DNA of 44,955 bases from Solirubrobacterales bacterium (GCA_035547715.1 DASZUH010000205.1:1-44955); one strand, 5' to 3'. Shown: positions 17,159-27,254, counted from the stretch's first letter. The notes: a model not told the origin generated them from the letters alone. Program-made: numbers and translations.

Positions 17159-19059
17159 GTGTCGGGTTCCCGCTGAGCGCGGTCGTCGGCCAGGAGGTGC
17201 TGGTCGAGGCCCTGCTGATCAACGCGGTCTCGCCCGAGGTGGGCGGCGTCCTCGTGCGCGGAGAGCGGGGGACCGCCAAGTCCACCGCGGTGCGCGGCCT
17301 GGCGCCGCTGCTGCCGCCGACCGCGGCGGCGCAGGGCGAGGCCTTCGCCTTCGGCCCGGGAGAGCTGGCGCCGGGGGGCCTGGTCCCCGACGACGCGCCG
17401 ACGGTCGAGCGCCCGGCACGGCTGGTCGAGCTGCCGCTGGGGACCACGCTCGACCGGCTCGTCGGCGCGCTCGACCTCGGTCGCGCCTTGGCCGGCGAGC
17501 ACGCCTTCGAGCCGGGGCTGCTGGCGCGCGCCCACCAGGGGATCCTCTACGTCGACGAGGTCAACCTGCTGCCCGCCCACCTGGTCGACGCGTTGCTGGA
17601 CGCGGCGGCCTCGGGCGTCGCCCGGGTCGAGCGTGAGGCGGTCTCGACCGAGCACGCGGCCCGCTTCATCCTGGTCGGGACGATGAACGTCGAGGAGGGC
17701 GAGCTGCGCCCGCAGTTGCTCGACCGCTTCGGTCTCGGCGTCGAGGTCGGGTCGCCGGAGGACCCCGGCGTGAGGGCCGAGATCGTCCGCCGCCGGCTTG
17801 CCTTCGAGTCCGATCCGCGGGCCTTCGCCGAGCGCTGGCGACCCGAGGAGGGGCGGCTCGCGGCGCGGATAGCCGACGCGCGCGCCCGGCTCGGCTCCGT
17901 CCGGCTGCCCGAGCGCGAGCTGCTCCGGATCACCGCCGCCTGCGCCCGCCTCGGTGTCGACGGTGTCCGGGGCGACATCGTCAGCGCCCGGGCCGCACGC
18001 GCGCTGGCGGCGCTCGACGGCGTCGAGGAGGTCGGCGAGGACCAGGTTCGGCGAGCCGCCGCCCTCGCCCTCGCCCACCGTCGTCGCCGCGACCCACTCG
18101 ACGGCCATCCGCCGAGCGAGGAGGATCTGCAGCGTGCCCTCGACGACCCGGCCGGGGACGAGCCACCCGAGGACCCGCCCCCCTCGCCGCCTCGGGGCGG
18201 CGGCGACCGTGTCCCGGCACCCTCGCCGGGCGACGGCGGTGCAGACGGCGAGCCCGGCGAGACCCCGGGCGAGCCGCCGCCACCTTCCCGGGCCCCCGCC
18301 CCGACGCGAGACGTCGCACCCCTTCCCGCCCGTCTGGACCGCGACGCCCTGACCCTGGCCGGGGTCGGCCGGGGCCCGGCCGGGGGTCGGGCGCGGGCCG
18401 CCGGCGCCGGTGCCGGCTCGATCGACAGCCGCCCGGCCGCCGCGGGCGCCGAGGACATCGCGATCGTCGCCAGCCTGCGGGCGCGACTGCTGGGGGATGG
18501 GAAGCCGCTGCGCACGCACGTGCGCGCCGGCCGCGAGGGCGCGTTCCTCTGCCTGGTCGTCGACGCCAGCGGTTCGATGGGTGCCCGGCGCCGGCTCGCC
18601 CGCGTCAAGGGGGCGCTGGCCGAGCTCCTGCGCGACGCCTACGCCCGTCGCGACCGGGTCGCGGTCGTCGCCTTTCGCGACAGCGCGGCCGAGGTCCTCG
18701 TCGCGCCCGGGATGCCGCTCGAGCGCGCGGCCGCGGCACTGGCCTCGCTACCCGCCGGCGGCCGCACGCCGCTGGCCGCCGGCCTGCGGGCCGCCGAGCA
18801 GCTGGTCCGCCGCGAGCGGCTGCGCGATCCGGGCCGGCGCTCGGTCGCGGTCGTCCTCACCGATGGCCGGGTCCGCGACCCCGAGGGCGCGATCCCACGA
18901 GCCGCGGCCGGCCTCGGCCGCGCCGCCTCGGCGGTCGAGGTCGTCGACACCGAGGAGGGTCCGGTCCGGGTCGGCCTGGCGGCGAGCGTCGCCGGCGCCG
19001 CCGGTGGGCGACTGCATCGCCTGGTCCTGCCGGGCAGCCCGTCGAGGAGGGCCGCATGA
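17155..19059 (+). CDS. cobaltochelatase ATPase subunit, fused ChlI-like AAA+ and ChlD-like vWA domains
   Basis: MSVGFPLSAVVGQEVLVEALL..GERGTAKST (AAA+), ILYVDEVNLL (Walker B), a Pro/acidic linker, then the vWA domain LVVDASGSMG..AGGRTPLAAGL. ATG 17155 overlaps the cobN stop as ATGA. Confidence 0.85.
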   Translation: MSVGFPLSAVVGQEVLVEALLINAVSPEVGGVLVRGERGTAKSTAVRGLAPLLPPTAAAQGEAFAFGPGELAPGGLVPDDAPTVERPARLVELPLGTTLDRLVGALDLGRALAGEHAFEPGLLARAHQGILYVDEVNLLPAHLVDALLDAAASGVARVEREAVSTEHAARFILVGTMNVEEGELRPQLLDRFGLGVEVGSPEDPGVRAEIVRRRLAFESDPRAFAERWRPEEGRLAARIADARARLGSVRLPERELLRITAACARLGVDGVRGDIVSARAARALAALDGVEEVGEDQVRRAAALALAHRRRRDPLDGHPPSEEDLQRALDDPAGDEPPEDPPPSPPRGGGDRVPAPSPGDGGADGEPGETPGEPPPPSRAPAPTRDVAPLPARLDRDALTLAGVGRGPAGGRARAAGAGAGSIDSRPAAAGAEDIAIVASLRARLLGDGKPLRTHVRAGREGAFLCLVVDASGSMGARRRLARVKGALAELLRDAYARRDRVAVVAFRDSAAEVLVAPGMPLERAAAALASLPAGGRTPLAAGLRAAEQLVRRERLRDPGRRSVAVVLTDGRVRDPEGAIPRAAAGLGRAASAVEVVDTEEGPVRVGLAASVAGAAGGRLHRLVLPGSPSRRAA

Positions 19060-19679
19060 GCGCCGAGGGTCCGCTGGAGCGTCACGGCGGCGCCGACGTC
19101 GACGTGCCGCATCGTCCCGGCGACAAGGGCAGCGCCGAGCCGAGGCGCCGCAAGCCGCGCGACCGCCCGCTGGTGATCGTGGTGACAGGCGAAGGAAAGG
19201 GCAAGAGCACGTCGGCTTTCGGGATGCTGCTGCGCGCCTGGGCGCGCGGCTACCGCTGTGGCGTCTTCCAATTCGTCAAGTCCGGCAGGTGGAAGGTCGG
19301 CGAGGCGAAAGCCGCGGCGGCCCTCGGTGGGATCGACTGGGAGAAGATGGGCGATGGCTGGTCGTGGCTCTCGAAGGACCTCGAGGAGTCGGCCGACCTC
19401 GCGCGCGAGGGCTGGGCCGGGGTCAAGTCGGCGATCGAGCAGGAGCGCTACGAGTATCTGTTGCTGGACGAGATCACCTACCCGATCAAGTGGGGCTGGA
19501 TCGACGTTGATGACGTGGTCGCCACGATCCGGGACCGCCCCGGCTTCCAGCACGTGGTGATCACCGGCCGCGACGCTGCCCCGGAGCTGATCGAGCTCGC
19601 CGATCTGGTCTCCGAGGTGGTCAAGGTCAAGCACCCGATGGAAGAGGGGATCCGCGCCCAGCAGGGGATCGAGTGGTAG
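19056..19679 (+). CDS. cobO: cob(I)yrinic acid a,c-diamide adenosyltransferase
   Basis: VTGEGKGKSTSAFG, FQFVKS, LLLDEITYP and VVITGR are characteristic of CobO/BtuR. ATGA overlap upstream. Confidence 0.9.
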   Translation: MSAEGPLERHGGADVDVPHRPGDKGSAEPRRRKPRDRPLVIVVTGEGKGKSTSAFGMLLRAWARGYRCGVFQFVKSGRWKVGEAKAAAALGGIDWEKMGDGWSWLSKDLEESADLAREGWAGVKSAIEQERYEYLLLDEITYPIKWGWIDVDDVVATIRDRPGFQHVVITGRDAAPELIELADLVSEVVKVKHPMEEGIRAQQGIEW

Positions 19680-20635
19680 AGGTACTGCTGATCCTCGACG
19701 GCGCGGCCGAGCCGCTCGGCACGGAGCCGACCTCGCTGGAGCGCGCCCGCACCCCCGCCCTCGACGGCCTCGGCCGCGACGGGCGCCTGTCGCGCCTGCG
19801 CACCGTGGCGCCCTGGCTGGCCGCCGGGTCGGAGGCGGCGATCCCGGCGCTCCTCGGGTGGGTACCCCCGGCGCCGGTCGACCGCGGCGCGCTCGAGGCC
19901 GCCGCGCGCGGCATCGAGGTGGCGCCGGGCGAGCGCGCCCGGCGGATCGACGTCCGCACCGGGTCGCGGGGCCGGGCCGGGGAGGAGGACACCGCGGCGG
20001 CGGCGAGGGGGCTCGCGCGCGCGGTCCCCGGCCACTCGGTCCACCGCCTCGGCGGCCACAAGCTCCTGCTCGTCGGGCCGCCGCCCCTGGCCCTGCCCCC
20101 GGCCGAGCCCGGGGCGGTGACCGAGCTGCGCGCCTGGCCCGAGGGCATCGTCCCGCCCCGGATCCTGGGCGAGGAGGTCGTCGTGGTCGCGGCGGCGGGC
20201 GCCGCGGCGGGGGCCGGGCGGCTGATGGGGGCCGAGGTCGTCGTCCCGCCCGAGGCGACCGGGAAGCCCGGCACCGACCTCGCCGCGAAGGCCGCGGCGG
20301 CCCTGGTCGCGGTCGACTCCGGGGCGCGGCGGGTCGTGGTCCACGTCGGGTCGCCCGACGAAGCCGCCCACGGGCGCGACGCGGCCGGCAAGGTAGCCGC
20401 GATCGAGGCGGTGGACGCGCTTCTGGTCCCGCCGCTGGTGGGCGCGGTGACGGAGGCCGGGGGAACCCTCTTCGTGTGCCCCGACCACGGCTGCGATCCC
20501 GCCACCGGCGAGCACGACGGCGACCCGGTGCCGTGCCTGCGCTGGCCGTCCCCCGCGGGGCCGCGCGGTCGCCTGGGCGAGCGTGACGCGGCCGCCCTTC
20601 CGGCGCTGGACCTGCCGGTCGAGGTGAGGGCGTGA
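19673..20635 (+). CDS. cofactor-independent phosphoglycerate mutase (ApgM)-like metalloenzyme, alkaline-phosphatase superfamily
   Basis: VLLILDGAAEP...TPALDGL...AAGSEAAIPALLGW at the N-terminus and VVHVGSPDEAAHGRD...AIEAVD...CPDHGCD at the C-terminus resemble ApgM-type metal/phospho-Ser site motifs. Overlaps both neighbouring genes. Confidence 0.6.
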   Translation: MVEVLLILDGAAEPLGTEPTSLERARTPALDGLGRDGRLSRLRTVAPWLAAGSEAAIPALLGWVPPAPVDRGALEAAARGIEVAPGERARRIDVRTGSRGRAGEEDTAAAARGLARAVPGHSVHRLGGHKLLLVGPPPLALPPAEPGAVTELRAWPEGIVPPRILGEEVVVVAAAGAAAGAGRLMGAEVVVPPEATGKPGTDLAAKAAAALVAVDSGARRVVVHVGSPDEAAHGRDAAGKVAAIEAVDALLVPPLVGAVTEAGGTLFVCPDHGCDPATGEHDGDPVPCLRWPSPAGPRGRLGERDAAALPALDLPVEVRA

Positions 20636-21987
20636 TCCCACGCGTCGTCATCGCCGGGACCAGCTCCGGCGCCGGCAAGACCAGCGTCACCTGCGGGCTG
20701 ATCGGCGCCCTGCGGCGGAGCGGCCTCGTCGTCCAGGGCTTCAAGGTCGGCCCCGACTACATCGACCCGAGCTACCACGCGCTCGCATCGGGTCGCCCCG
20801 GGCGCAATCTCGACGCGTTTCTGAGCGGCCCCGAGCTGATCGCGCCGCTCGCCCGGCATGGCGCGGCCGGGGCCGACCTCGCGGTCGTCGAGGGCGTGAT
20901 GGGGCTCTTCGACGGTGCCTCGGGGAAGGGCGAGCTGGCTTCGACCGCCCACGTCGCAAAGCTCCTGCGCGCCCCCGTGGTGCTGGTCGTCGATGCATCG
21001 GCGATGGCGCGCTCGGCCGCCGCGATCGTCCACGGCTATGCCACCTTCGACCCCGACGTCCGCGTCGCCGGGGTGATCTACAACAAGGTCGGTTCCGACC
21101 ACCACGAGGAGCTGCTGCGCGAGGCGACCGCGCCCCTGGGGATCCCCGTGCTCGGCGCGATCCGCCGCAGCGAGGAGGTCGCGGCGCCCGAGCGCCACCT
21201 CGGCCTGGTGCCGGCGGGCGAGCGGGAGGGCCGCACCCGCAGCGCGCTCGAGGCCCTCGCCGACGCGGCGTCGGGCTCGGTCGACCTCACGGCCGTCGAG
21301 CGGCTGGCCCGCGGCGCCCCGGCGCTCGACGGACCCGCCTGGAGTCCCGAGCCGGGCGCCGCCCCGGTCGCCTCCAGGATCGCGATCGCCCGCGGCCCGG
21401 CGTTCTCGTTCCACTATCAGGAGAACATCGAGCTGCTCGCCGCCGCGGGCGCCGAGCTGGCGCCCTTCGACCCGCTGGCCGACGGATCGCTCCCGCCCGG
21501 CGCCGGCGCCCTGGTGCTCGCGGGTGGGTTCCCGGAGGTCTTCGGCGCACAGCTCGAGGCCAACGCGCCCCTTCGCGAGGAGATCCGCGCCTTCGCCCGC
21601 TCCGGGCGCCCCGTGCTCGCCGAGTGCGGCGGCCTGCTCTACCTCTGCGCCGAGCTCGACGGCCACGCGATGTGCGGGGTACTGCCGGCCCGTGGCCGGA
21701 TGGCGGGGCGACTGACGCTCGGCTACCGCGAGGCCCTCGCCGCCACCCCGACCCCGTGGCTCGACGGTGGCGCCAGGGTCCGGGGCCACGAGTTCCACCA
21801 CTCGGCGATCGAGCCGCTCGCCTCCGGTGCGTCGCCCGCCTGGTCGCTGAGCGCACGCGGCACGACCAGGCCCGACGGCCTGGTCGCCGGCGCCGTCCAG
21901 GCGGGCTATCTGCACGTCCACTGGGCCGCCCACCCCGAGATCGCGCGGCGCTTCGCCGCCGTGGCCGCCGCGGCGGTGCCGGCATGA
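20632..21987 (+). CDS. cobB: cobyrinic acid a,c-diamide synthase
   Basis: VVIAGTSSGAGKTSVTCGL...FKVGPDYIDPSYH plus the C-terminal GATase motif AECGGLLYL. GTGA overlap upstream. Confidence 0.9.
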   Translation: MIPRVVIAGTSSGAGKTSVTCGLIGALRRSGLVVQGFKVGPDYIDPSYHALASGRPGRNLDAFLSGPELIAPLARHGAAGADLAVVEGVMGLFDGASGKGELASTAHVAKLLRAPVVLVVDASAMARSAAAIVHGYATFDPDVRVAGVIYNKVGSDHHEELLREATAPLGIPVLGAIRRSEEVAAPERHLGLVPAGEREGRTRSALEALADAASGSVDLTAVERLARGAPALDGPAWSPEPGAAPVASRIAIARGPAFSFHYQENIELLAAAGAELAPFDPLADGSLPPGAGALVLAGGFPEVFGAQLEANAPLREEIRAFARSGRPVLAECGGLLYLCAELDGHAMCGVLPARGRMAGRLTLGYREALAATPTPWLDGGARVRGHEFHHSAIEPLASGASPAWSLSARGTTRPDGLVAGAVQAGYLHVHWAAHPEIARRFAAVAAAAVPA

Positions 21988-23561
21988 GCCTCACCCTTCT
22001 CATCGGCGGCACCAGGTCGGGGAAGAGCGCGCGGGCCGAGCGGCTCGCCGCGGCAAACGGCCCCGAGGTCCGCTACGTGGCGACGGCCGACGGCGCCGAT
22101 CCGGCGATGGCCGGGCGGATCGAGGCCCACCGCGAGCGCCGGCCCGCCGACTGGAGGACGGTCGAGGCGGGGGACGACCTTGCCGAGGCCGCCGCGGGCG
22201 CCTCCTGCGTGCTGGTCGACGGGCTGGGCGCCTGGATCGCCGGCGTCATGCACCGGGCCGGGGCTCTCGAGGACCCTTCGCGCGAGCGCCTCGCCGGCGC
22301 CGGCGACCGGGTCGAGGCCGAGATCCGGGCCCTCGTCGAGCTGTCGCGGAGCGTCGAGCTGATCATCGTCGCCGAGGACGCAGGGTCCGGCCTCCTGCCG
22401 CCCGATGCCGCCTCGCGCAGCTGGCTCGACCTCCTCGGCGCGGCGACGCAGCGCCTCGCGCGGGCGGCGGAGCGGGCCGAGCTGATCGTCGCCGGCGAGT
22501 CGATCCCGCTGCGGCGCGGAGGATCGCTCATCCCTGCGGCCGAGCAGGAAGAACTGCGCCACCACGGCGACCGCGAGCTGCGTCCGGGCGATGCCGACCA
22601 TGCCGTCAACGTCCTCGCCGGCGGGCCGCCGCCGTGGTTGCGCGGGGCCCTCGACGCCGCCCTCGAGCGCGATGCCCGCCGCTACCCGGACGAGTCGGCG
22701 GCGCGGGCCGCACTGGCGAGCCTGCACGGCCGCGACCCGGAGGAGATCGTCCCGACCAACGGCGCCGCCGAGGCCCTGTGGCTGCTCCCGGTCGCCCTGC
22801 GGCCATCTCTCGCCGCCTGCGTCCATCCCGGCTTCGGCGAGGCCGAGGCCGCCCTGCGCGCCCACGGCGTGCCGGTCGCCCGGGTCATGCGCGATCCCGA
22901 GCGCTCCTTCTCCCTCGACCCGGCGGCCGTCCCCGAGCAGGCGGACCTCGTGATCCTCGGCAATCCGGCGTCGCCGAGCGGCACCCTCGATCCCGCCGCG
23001 GCGATCCTCGCCCTTCGTCGCCCCGGTCGCATCGTCGTCGTCGACGAGGCGTTCATGGACCTGGTCCCGGGCGCCGTGCCGACGCTGGTCGGCGAACGCC
23101 TCGACGACGTGATCGTCGTCCGCAGCCTGACCAAGGTGCTGGCGATCCCCGGTCTGCGGGCCGGTTACGCGGTCGCTGACGCGCGGCTGGCGCAGCGACT
23201 GGAAGCGGCGAGGCCGCCTTGGTCTGCCAACGCGCTCGCGCTGGCGGCGCTCGAGACCGCCGCCCGCCACCCGCACGAGCTCGCCTCGATAGCCGAGCGC
23301 GCCGTCCGCGAGCGCGAGGACCTCGTCGGCCGCCTCGGAGAGGTCAAGGGGGTGCGCACCTGGCCTTCGGTCGCCAACTTCTGCCTGCTCGAGGTCGAGG
23401 ACGGCGATGCACTGGCGGCGAGGCTGCGCGAATCCGGCATCGCGGTCCGGCCCGCCTCCTCCTTTCCTGGTCTCGACCGGCGCCACGTCCGCGTCACCGC
23501 CCGTGATCCGGCGGCGAACGCGCGACTGGTGGCCGCGCTGATCGATGCGGTGGAGCGGTGA
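21984..23561 (+). CDS. cobU-cobD: fusion: adenosylcobinamide kinase/guanylyltransferase (CobU/CobP) + threonine-phosphate decarboxylase-type aminotransferase (CobD Salmonella / CobC Pseudomonas)
   Basis: The N-terminal part has LLIGGTRSGKSARAE..YVATA...HRERRP..W.T (CobU). The C-terminal part has GNPASPSG..VVVDEAFMD..RSLTKVLAIPGLRAGY (class I/II aminotransferase with PLP lysine). Single frame with no stop between the two. ATGA overlap at 21984. Confidence 0.8.
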   Translation: MSLTLLIGGTRSGKSARAERLAAANGPEVRYVATADGADPAMAGRIEAHRERRPADWRTVEAGDDLAEAAAGASCVLVDGLGAWIAGVMHRAGALEDPSRERLAGAGDRVEAEIRALVELSRSVELIIVAEDAGSGLLPPDAASRSWLDLLGAATQRLARAAERAELIVAGESIPLRRGGSLIPAAEQEELRHHGDRELRPGDADHAVNVLAGGPPPWLRGALDAALERDARRYPDESAARAALASLHGRDPEEIVPTNGAAEALWLLPVALRPSLAACVHPGFGEAEAALRAHGVPVARVMRDPERSFSLDPAAVPEQADLVILGNPASPSGTLDPAAAILALRRPGRIVVVDEAFMDLVPGAVPTLVGERLDDVIVVRSLTKVLAIPGLRAGYAVADARLAQRLEAARPPWSANALALAALETAARHPHELASIAERAVREREDLVGRLGEVKGVRTWPSVANFCLLEVEDGDALAARLRESGIAVRPASSFPGLDRRHVRVTARDPAANARLVAALIDAVER

Positions 23562-24763
23562 CTCCGTTGACGGTCGTCGGGATCGGCGCGGACGGGTGGA
23601 CGGGGCTGGGCGAGGGGGCGCGCGCGGCGTTGCGCGACGCCGGCGTCGTGGTCGGGTCCCGGCGCCAGCTCGAGCTGCTGCCCGGTGAGCTCGCCGCCGA
23701 GCGGCGAGCGCTGCCCTCGCCGCTCGAGCCCTTCCTCGACGAGCTCGCCGCCACCGACACGGAGGGGATCTGCGTCCTCGCCAGCGGCGACCCGATGCTG
23801 CACGGCATCGGCGCCTCACTCGCCCGCCGAGTCGAGGCCGGGCGGCTGCGGGTCCACCCCCATCCTTCGGCGTTCGCCTTGGCCTGCGCCAGGCTCGGCT
23901 GGCCCGCCGCCGAGGTCGAGCTCGTCAGCGCGGTCGGGCGTCCGGTGGCGGTGGTCGCCCGCCTGCTGCAGCCGGGCCGGCGCCTGGTCGCCTACGTCAC
24001 GGGCGCCGAGGGCGCCCGCTCGCTCGCCCGCATGGTCACCGACCGCGGCTTCGGGCCGAGCCGCCTGACCGTGTTGGAGCGCCTCGGCGGGCCCGAGGAG
24101 CGCCTGATCGAGTCGAGCGCCGAGGCCTTCGACGCCGACGCCGACCCGCTGCACGTCGTGGCGCTCGAGGTCCGGGCGGCAGTCGGGGTCCTCGCGCGGG
24201 GACTCGCTCCGGGCCTTCCCGACGACGCCTTTGAGAACGACGGCCAGCTGACCAAGCGCCACGTCCGCGCCGTCACCCTCGCCGCCCTGGCGCCGATGCC
24301 GCATTCCCTCCTCTGGGACATCGGCGCCGGGAGTGGCTCGATCGCCGTCGAGTGGCTGCGCTCCGAGGCGACCGCCACCGCGGTGGCGGTCGAGCGCGAC
24401 CCCGCGCGCGCCGCGCGCGTCGCCCGTAACGCCGAGGCTCTCGGCGTCCCCGACCGCCTCGAGGTCGTGCCGCTCGCCGCCCCCGAGGCCCTCGTCGGGC
24501 TGGACGTCCCGAGCGCCGTCTTCATCGGCGGCGGGCTGACCGAGCCGGGGCTGCTCGACGCTTGCTGGGCTGCGCTCCGACCGGGCGGCAGGTTGGTCGC
24601 CAACGCGGTCACGCTCGAGGGCGAGCGCACCCTCGGCACCATCCAGGAGGAGTACGGTGGGGCGTTGACGCGGATCGAGATCGCCCATGCCCGCCCGCTC
24701 GGCGGCTTCACCGGCTGGCGGGCACAGATGCCGGTCGTCCAGTGGGAGGCGAGGAAGCCATGA
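23558..24763 (+). CDS. cobL: precorrin-6Y C5,15-methyltransferase (decarboxylating), CbiE/CbiT-type
   Basis: LTVVGIGADGW...VLASGDPMLHG (tetrapyrrole methylase) followed by LWDIGAGSGSIAVEW (class I methyltransferase). GTGA overlap upstream. Confidence 0.85.
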   Translation: MTPLTVVGIGADGWTGLGEGARAALRDAGVVVGSRRQLELLPGELAAERRALPSPLEPFLDELAATDTEGICVLASGDPMLHGIGASLARRVEAGRLRVHPHPSAFALACARLGWPAAEVELVSAVGRPVAVVARLLQPGRRLVAYVTGAEGARSLARMVTDRGFGPSRLTVLERLGGPEERLIESSAEAFDADADPLHVVALEVRAAVGVLARGLAPGLPDDAFENDGQLTKRHVRAVTLAALAPMPHSLLWDIGAGSGSIAVEWLRSEATATAVAVERDPARAARVARNAEALGVPDRLEVVPLAAPEALVGLDVPSAVFIGGGLTEPGLLDACWAALRPGGRLVANAVTLEGERTLGTIQEEYGGALTRIEIAHARPLGGFTGWRAQMPVVQWEARKP

Positions 24764-26631
24764 CCGTCCACTTCATCGGTGTCGGGCCGGGCGCCCCCGA
24801 CCTGCTGACCCTGCGCGGCCGGGACCTGATCGCGGCGAGCCCGGTTTGCCTCTACGCGGGCGCGCTGGTGCCGGCGGAGATCCTCGCCCACGCGCCCGCC
24901 GACGCCCGCCTCCTCGACACCCAGGACCTGACGCTCGCGGAGATCGTCGCCGAGTACGAGCGCGCCCAGGCGGCGGGCGAGGACGTGGCGCGCCTGCACT
25001 CGGGCGACCTCTCGATCTACAGCGCCGCCGCCGAGCAGATGCGCCGCCTCGACGCGCTCGGCATCCCCTGGGACCTCACGCCCGGCGTGCCGGCGTTCTC
25101 GGCGACGGCCGCGGCCCTCGGCCGCGAGCTGACCATCCCCGAGGTGGCGCAGACGGTGATCCTCACGCGCTACGGTCGACGGGCCTCGGCGATGCCGCCC
25201 GGCGAGCGCCTCGCCGACCTCGCCACGCATGGCAGCACGCTCGTCATCCATCTCGGGGTCCAGGCGATCGAGGAGATCGCCGAGACCCTCGTCCCCCACT
25301 ATGGCCGCGAGTGCCCGGTCGCGGTCGTCGCCCGGGCCAGCCGGCCCGACGAGGTGGTCCTCCGGGCGACCCTCGCGACGATCGCAGGGGAGGTTCGCGG
25401 CGCCGGCATCGCCCGCACGGCGACGATCGTCGTCGGCCCGGCGCTCGCCGCCGAGGGCTTCCGCGACAGCCACCTGTACTCGGAGGGGCGGGAGCGCCCG
25501 GCAAGGTGCCGCGGCGCCGCGACGAGGGCCCGAACCGACGCGTGCCCCGGCATATTGCGCCTGCACCGCGCCGAGGATGGCGGCCTCGCGCGCGTCCGCC
25601 TGCCCGGGGGGGTGCTCGGCCTCGACGGGTTGCAGGCCCTGCGGCGGGCAGCGGGCATCGGCAACGGCGTCGTCGAGGTGACGGCGCGCGCGAACCTTCA
25701 GGTCCGCGGCATCCCCGAGCAGGCCGAGCAGTCCCTCGCCGAGGCCCTGCACTCCGGCGGCCTCCTGCCCTCGCCCGAGCACGATCGCGTCCGCAACGTG
25801 GCCGCGAGCCCGCTCGGCGGTCGCCTGCCGGGCGCCTCGGCGCCCACCGACGGGATCGTGGCGGCGCTCGACCGACATCTCTGCGAGGACCGGGACCTCA
25901 CCTACCTCTCGGGCCGGTTCCTGTTCGCGGTCGACGACGGCAGCGGCACCGCCGCCGGCCGCGATGCCGACATCGCCCTCACCGCCGAGGGTGACGGTGC
26001 CTTCCGCCTGCGCCTCGCCGGTCGCCCGACCGAGCGGACCGTGGCGGCCGGCGATGCCGCGGCACTCGCGATCGAGGCGGCTCACGCCTTCCTCGCGGCG
26101 GCGCGCGAGGCCGACCGGGGCGAGGCCTGGCGGATCACCGACCTCCCGGGCGGACCCGAGCGGGTCGCCGAGCGTATCGGCGCCTCGCTGGTCGAAGGTC
26201 CGCCCGCCGCCGGGCCCCTCCCGGTTCCACTCGGTCGCGTCGAGCAGGCCGACGGACGCTGCGCGGTGACCGTGCTGCCCCCGCTCGGCCGACTCGACCC
26301 GGCGATGCTCGACGTCCTGGTCGGCCTCGGTCACCGCGACGTGCGCACCTCGGCGAGGCGGACGCTGAGCTTCCTCGACGTGGCGCCGGACGGGGTCGAG
26401 CGGCTGCTCGGCGCCCTCGGGGCGGCCGGCTTCGTCTCCTCCGAGGAGTCCGGCTGGTGGGGGCTCAGCGCCTGCGCGGGCCTCGGGGCCTGCGCGCGTG
26501 CCGGTCGCGATGTCCGCGCCCTGGCCGCCCGGCGGGCCGCCGAGCGGCGCCCGGGCGACCCGCCCGAGCATTGGTCGGCCTGCGGGCGCGGCTGCGGCCG
26601 GCCCCGCGGCGCCAGGGAGATGGGGGGATGA
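24760..26631 (+). CDS. cobM-cobG: fusion: precorrin-4 C11-methyltransferase (CobM) + precorrin-3B synthase (CobG-like, sulfite/nitrite-reductase ferredoxin fold)
   Basis: The N-terminal part has [33 protein letters not shown] (CobM). After a linker of about 20 aa come [26 protein letters not shown] and C-terminal Cys clusters ([18 protein letters not shown]), matching CobG. No stop and no obvious internal start between the two. ATGA overlap at 24760. Confidence 0.8.
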   Translation: MTVHFIGVGPGAPDLLTLRGRDLIAASPVCLYAGALVPAEILAHAPADARLLDTQDLTLAEIVAEYERAQAAGEDVARLHSGDLSIYSAAAEQMRRLDALGIPWDLTPGVPAFSATAAALGRELTIPEVAQTVILTRYGRRASAMPPGERLADLATHGSTLVIHLGVQAIEEIAETLVPHYGRECPVAVVARASRPDEVVLRATLATIAGEVRGAGIARTATIVVGPALAAEGFRDSHLYSEGRERPARCRGAATRARTDACPGILRLHRAEDGGLARVRLPGGVLGLDGLQALRRAAGIGNGVVEVTARANLQVRGIPEQAEQSLAEALHSGGLLPSPEHDRVRNVAASPLGGRLPGASAPTDGIVAALDRHLCEDRDLTYLSGRFLFAVDDGSGTAAGRDADIALTAEGDGAFRLRLAGRPTERTVAAGDAAALAIEAAHAFLAAAREADRGEAWRITDLPGGPERVAERIGASLVEGPPAAGPLPVPLGRVEQADGRCAVTVLPPLGRLDPAMLDVLVGLGHRDVRTSARRTLSFLDVAPDGVERLLGALGAAGFVSSEESGWWGLSACAGLGACARAGRDVRALAARRAAERRPGDPPEHWSACGRGCGRPRGAREMGG

Positions 26632-27254
26632 GCGCCTACGTCCGCGACGGCGCCGAGATCTACCGCCGCTCGTTCGCGATGATCCGCGCGGAGGCCGACC
26701 TGGAGGGCCTCGATCCGGTCCTGGAGCGGGTCGTCGTCCGCATGATCCATGCCTGCGGGATGGTCGATCTCCTCGACGACGTGGCCGCCTCGCCGGGCTT
26801 CGCGACGGCCGGCGAGGAGGCGCTCCGCGCGGGCGCGCCCATCCTCTGCGACACGACGATGGTCGCCTCCGGCGTGACGCGCTCGCGCCTTCCGGCCGAC
26901 AACGAGGTGGTGTGCACCCTCTCCGAGCCCTCGGTGCCCGATCTTGCCGCGCGCCTCGGGACGACCCGCACCGCGGCGGCGATCGAGCTCTGGCGCGAGC
27001 GGTTGGGCGGTTCGGTGGTGGTCGTCGGCAACGCCCCGACTGCCTTGTTCCGGCTGCTGGAGCTGGTCGAGGAAGGGGTCGCGCCTCCCGCCGCCGTGAT
27101 CGGGGTGCCGGTCGGGTTCATCGGCGCCGCCGAGTCCAAGCAGGCGCTCGCCGAGCACCCGGCCGGACTCGAGCACGTCGTCGTAGGAGGCCGTCGCGGG
27201 GGCAGCGCGATCGCCGCCGCCGCCGTCAATGCGTTGGCGAGCGCGGCCGAGTGA
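26628..27254 (+). CDS. cobH: precorrin-8X methylmutase
   Basis: [51 protein letters not shown] overlap upstream. Confidence 0.9.
   Translation: MSAYVRDGAEIYRRSFAMIRAEADLEGLDPVLERVVVRMIHACGMVDLLDDVAASPGFATAGEEALRAGAPILCDTTMVASGVTRSRLPADNEVVCTLSEPSVPDLAARLGTTRTAAAIELWRERLGGSVVVVGNAPTALFRLLELVEEGVAPPAAVIGVPVGFIGAAESKQALAEHPAGLEHVVVGGRRGGSAIAAAAVNALASAAE

Noticed and set aside
13052-26571. Very long minus-strand ORFs across the cob operon: 13052..14680, 14990..15892, 16912..18519, 18639..20744, 19627..21933, 21906..23819 and 23992..26571.
   Set aside because: All are antisense to genes with strong family motifs. They are dominated by Arg/Pro/Gly/Ala runs and overlap each other in different frames. 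They are stop-codon-poor artefacts of roughly 75-80% G+C DNA.
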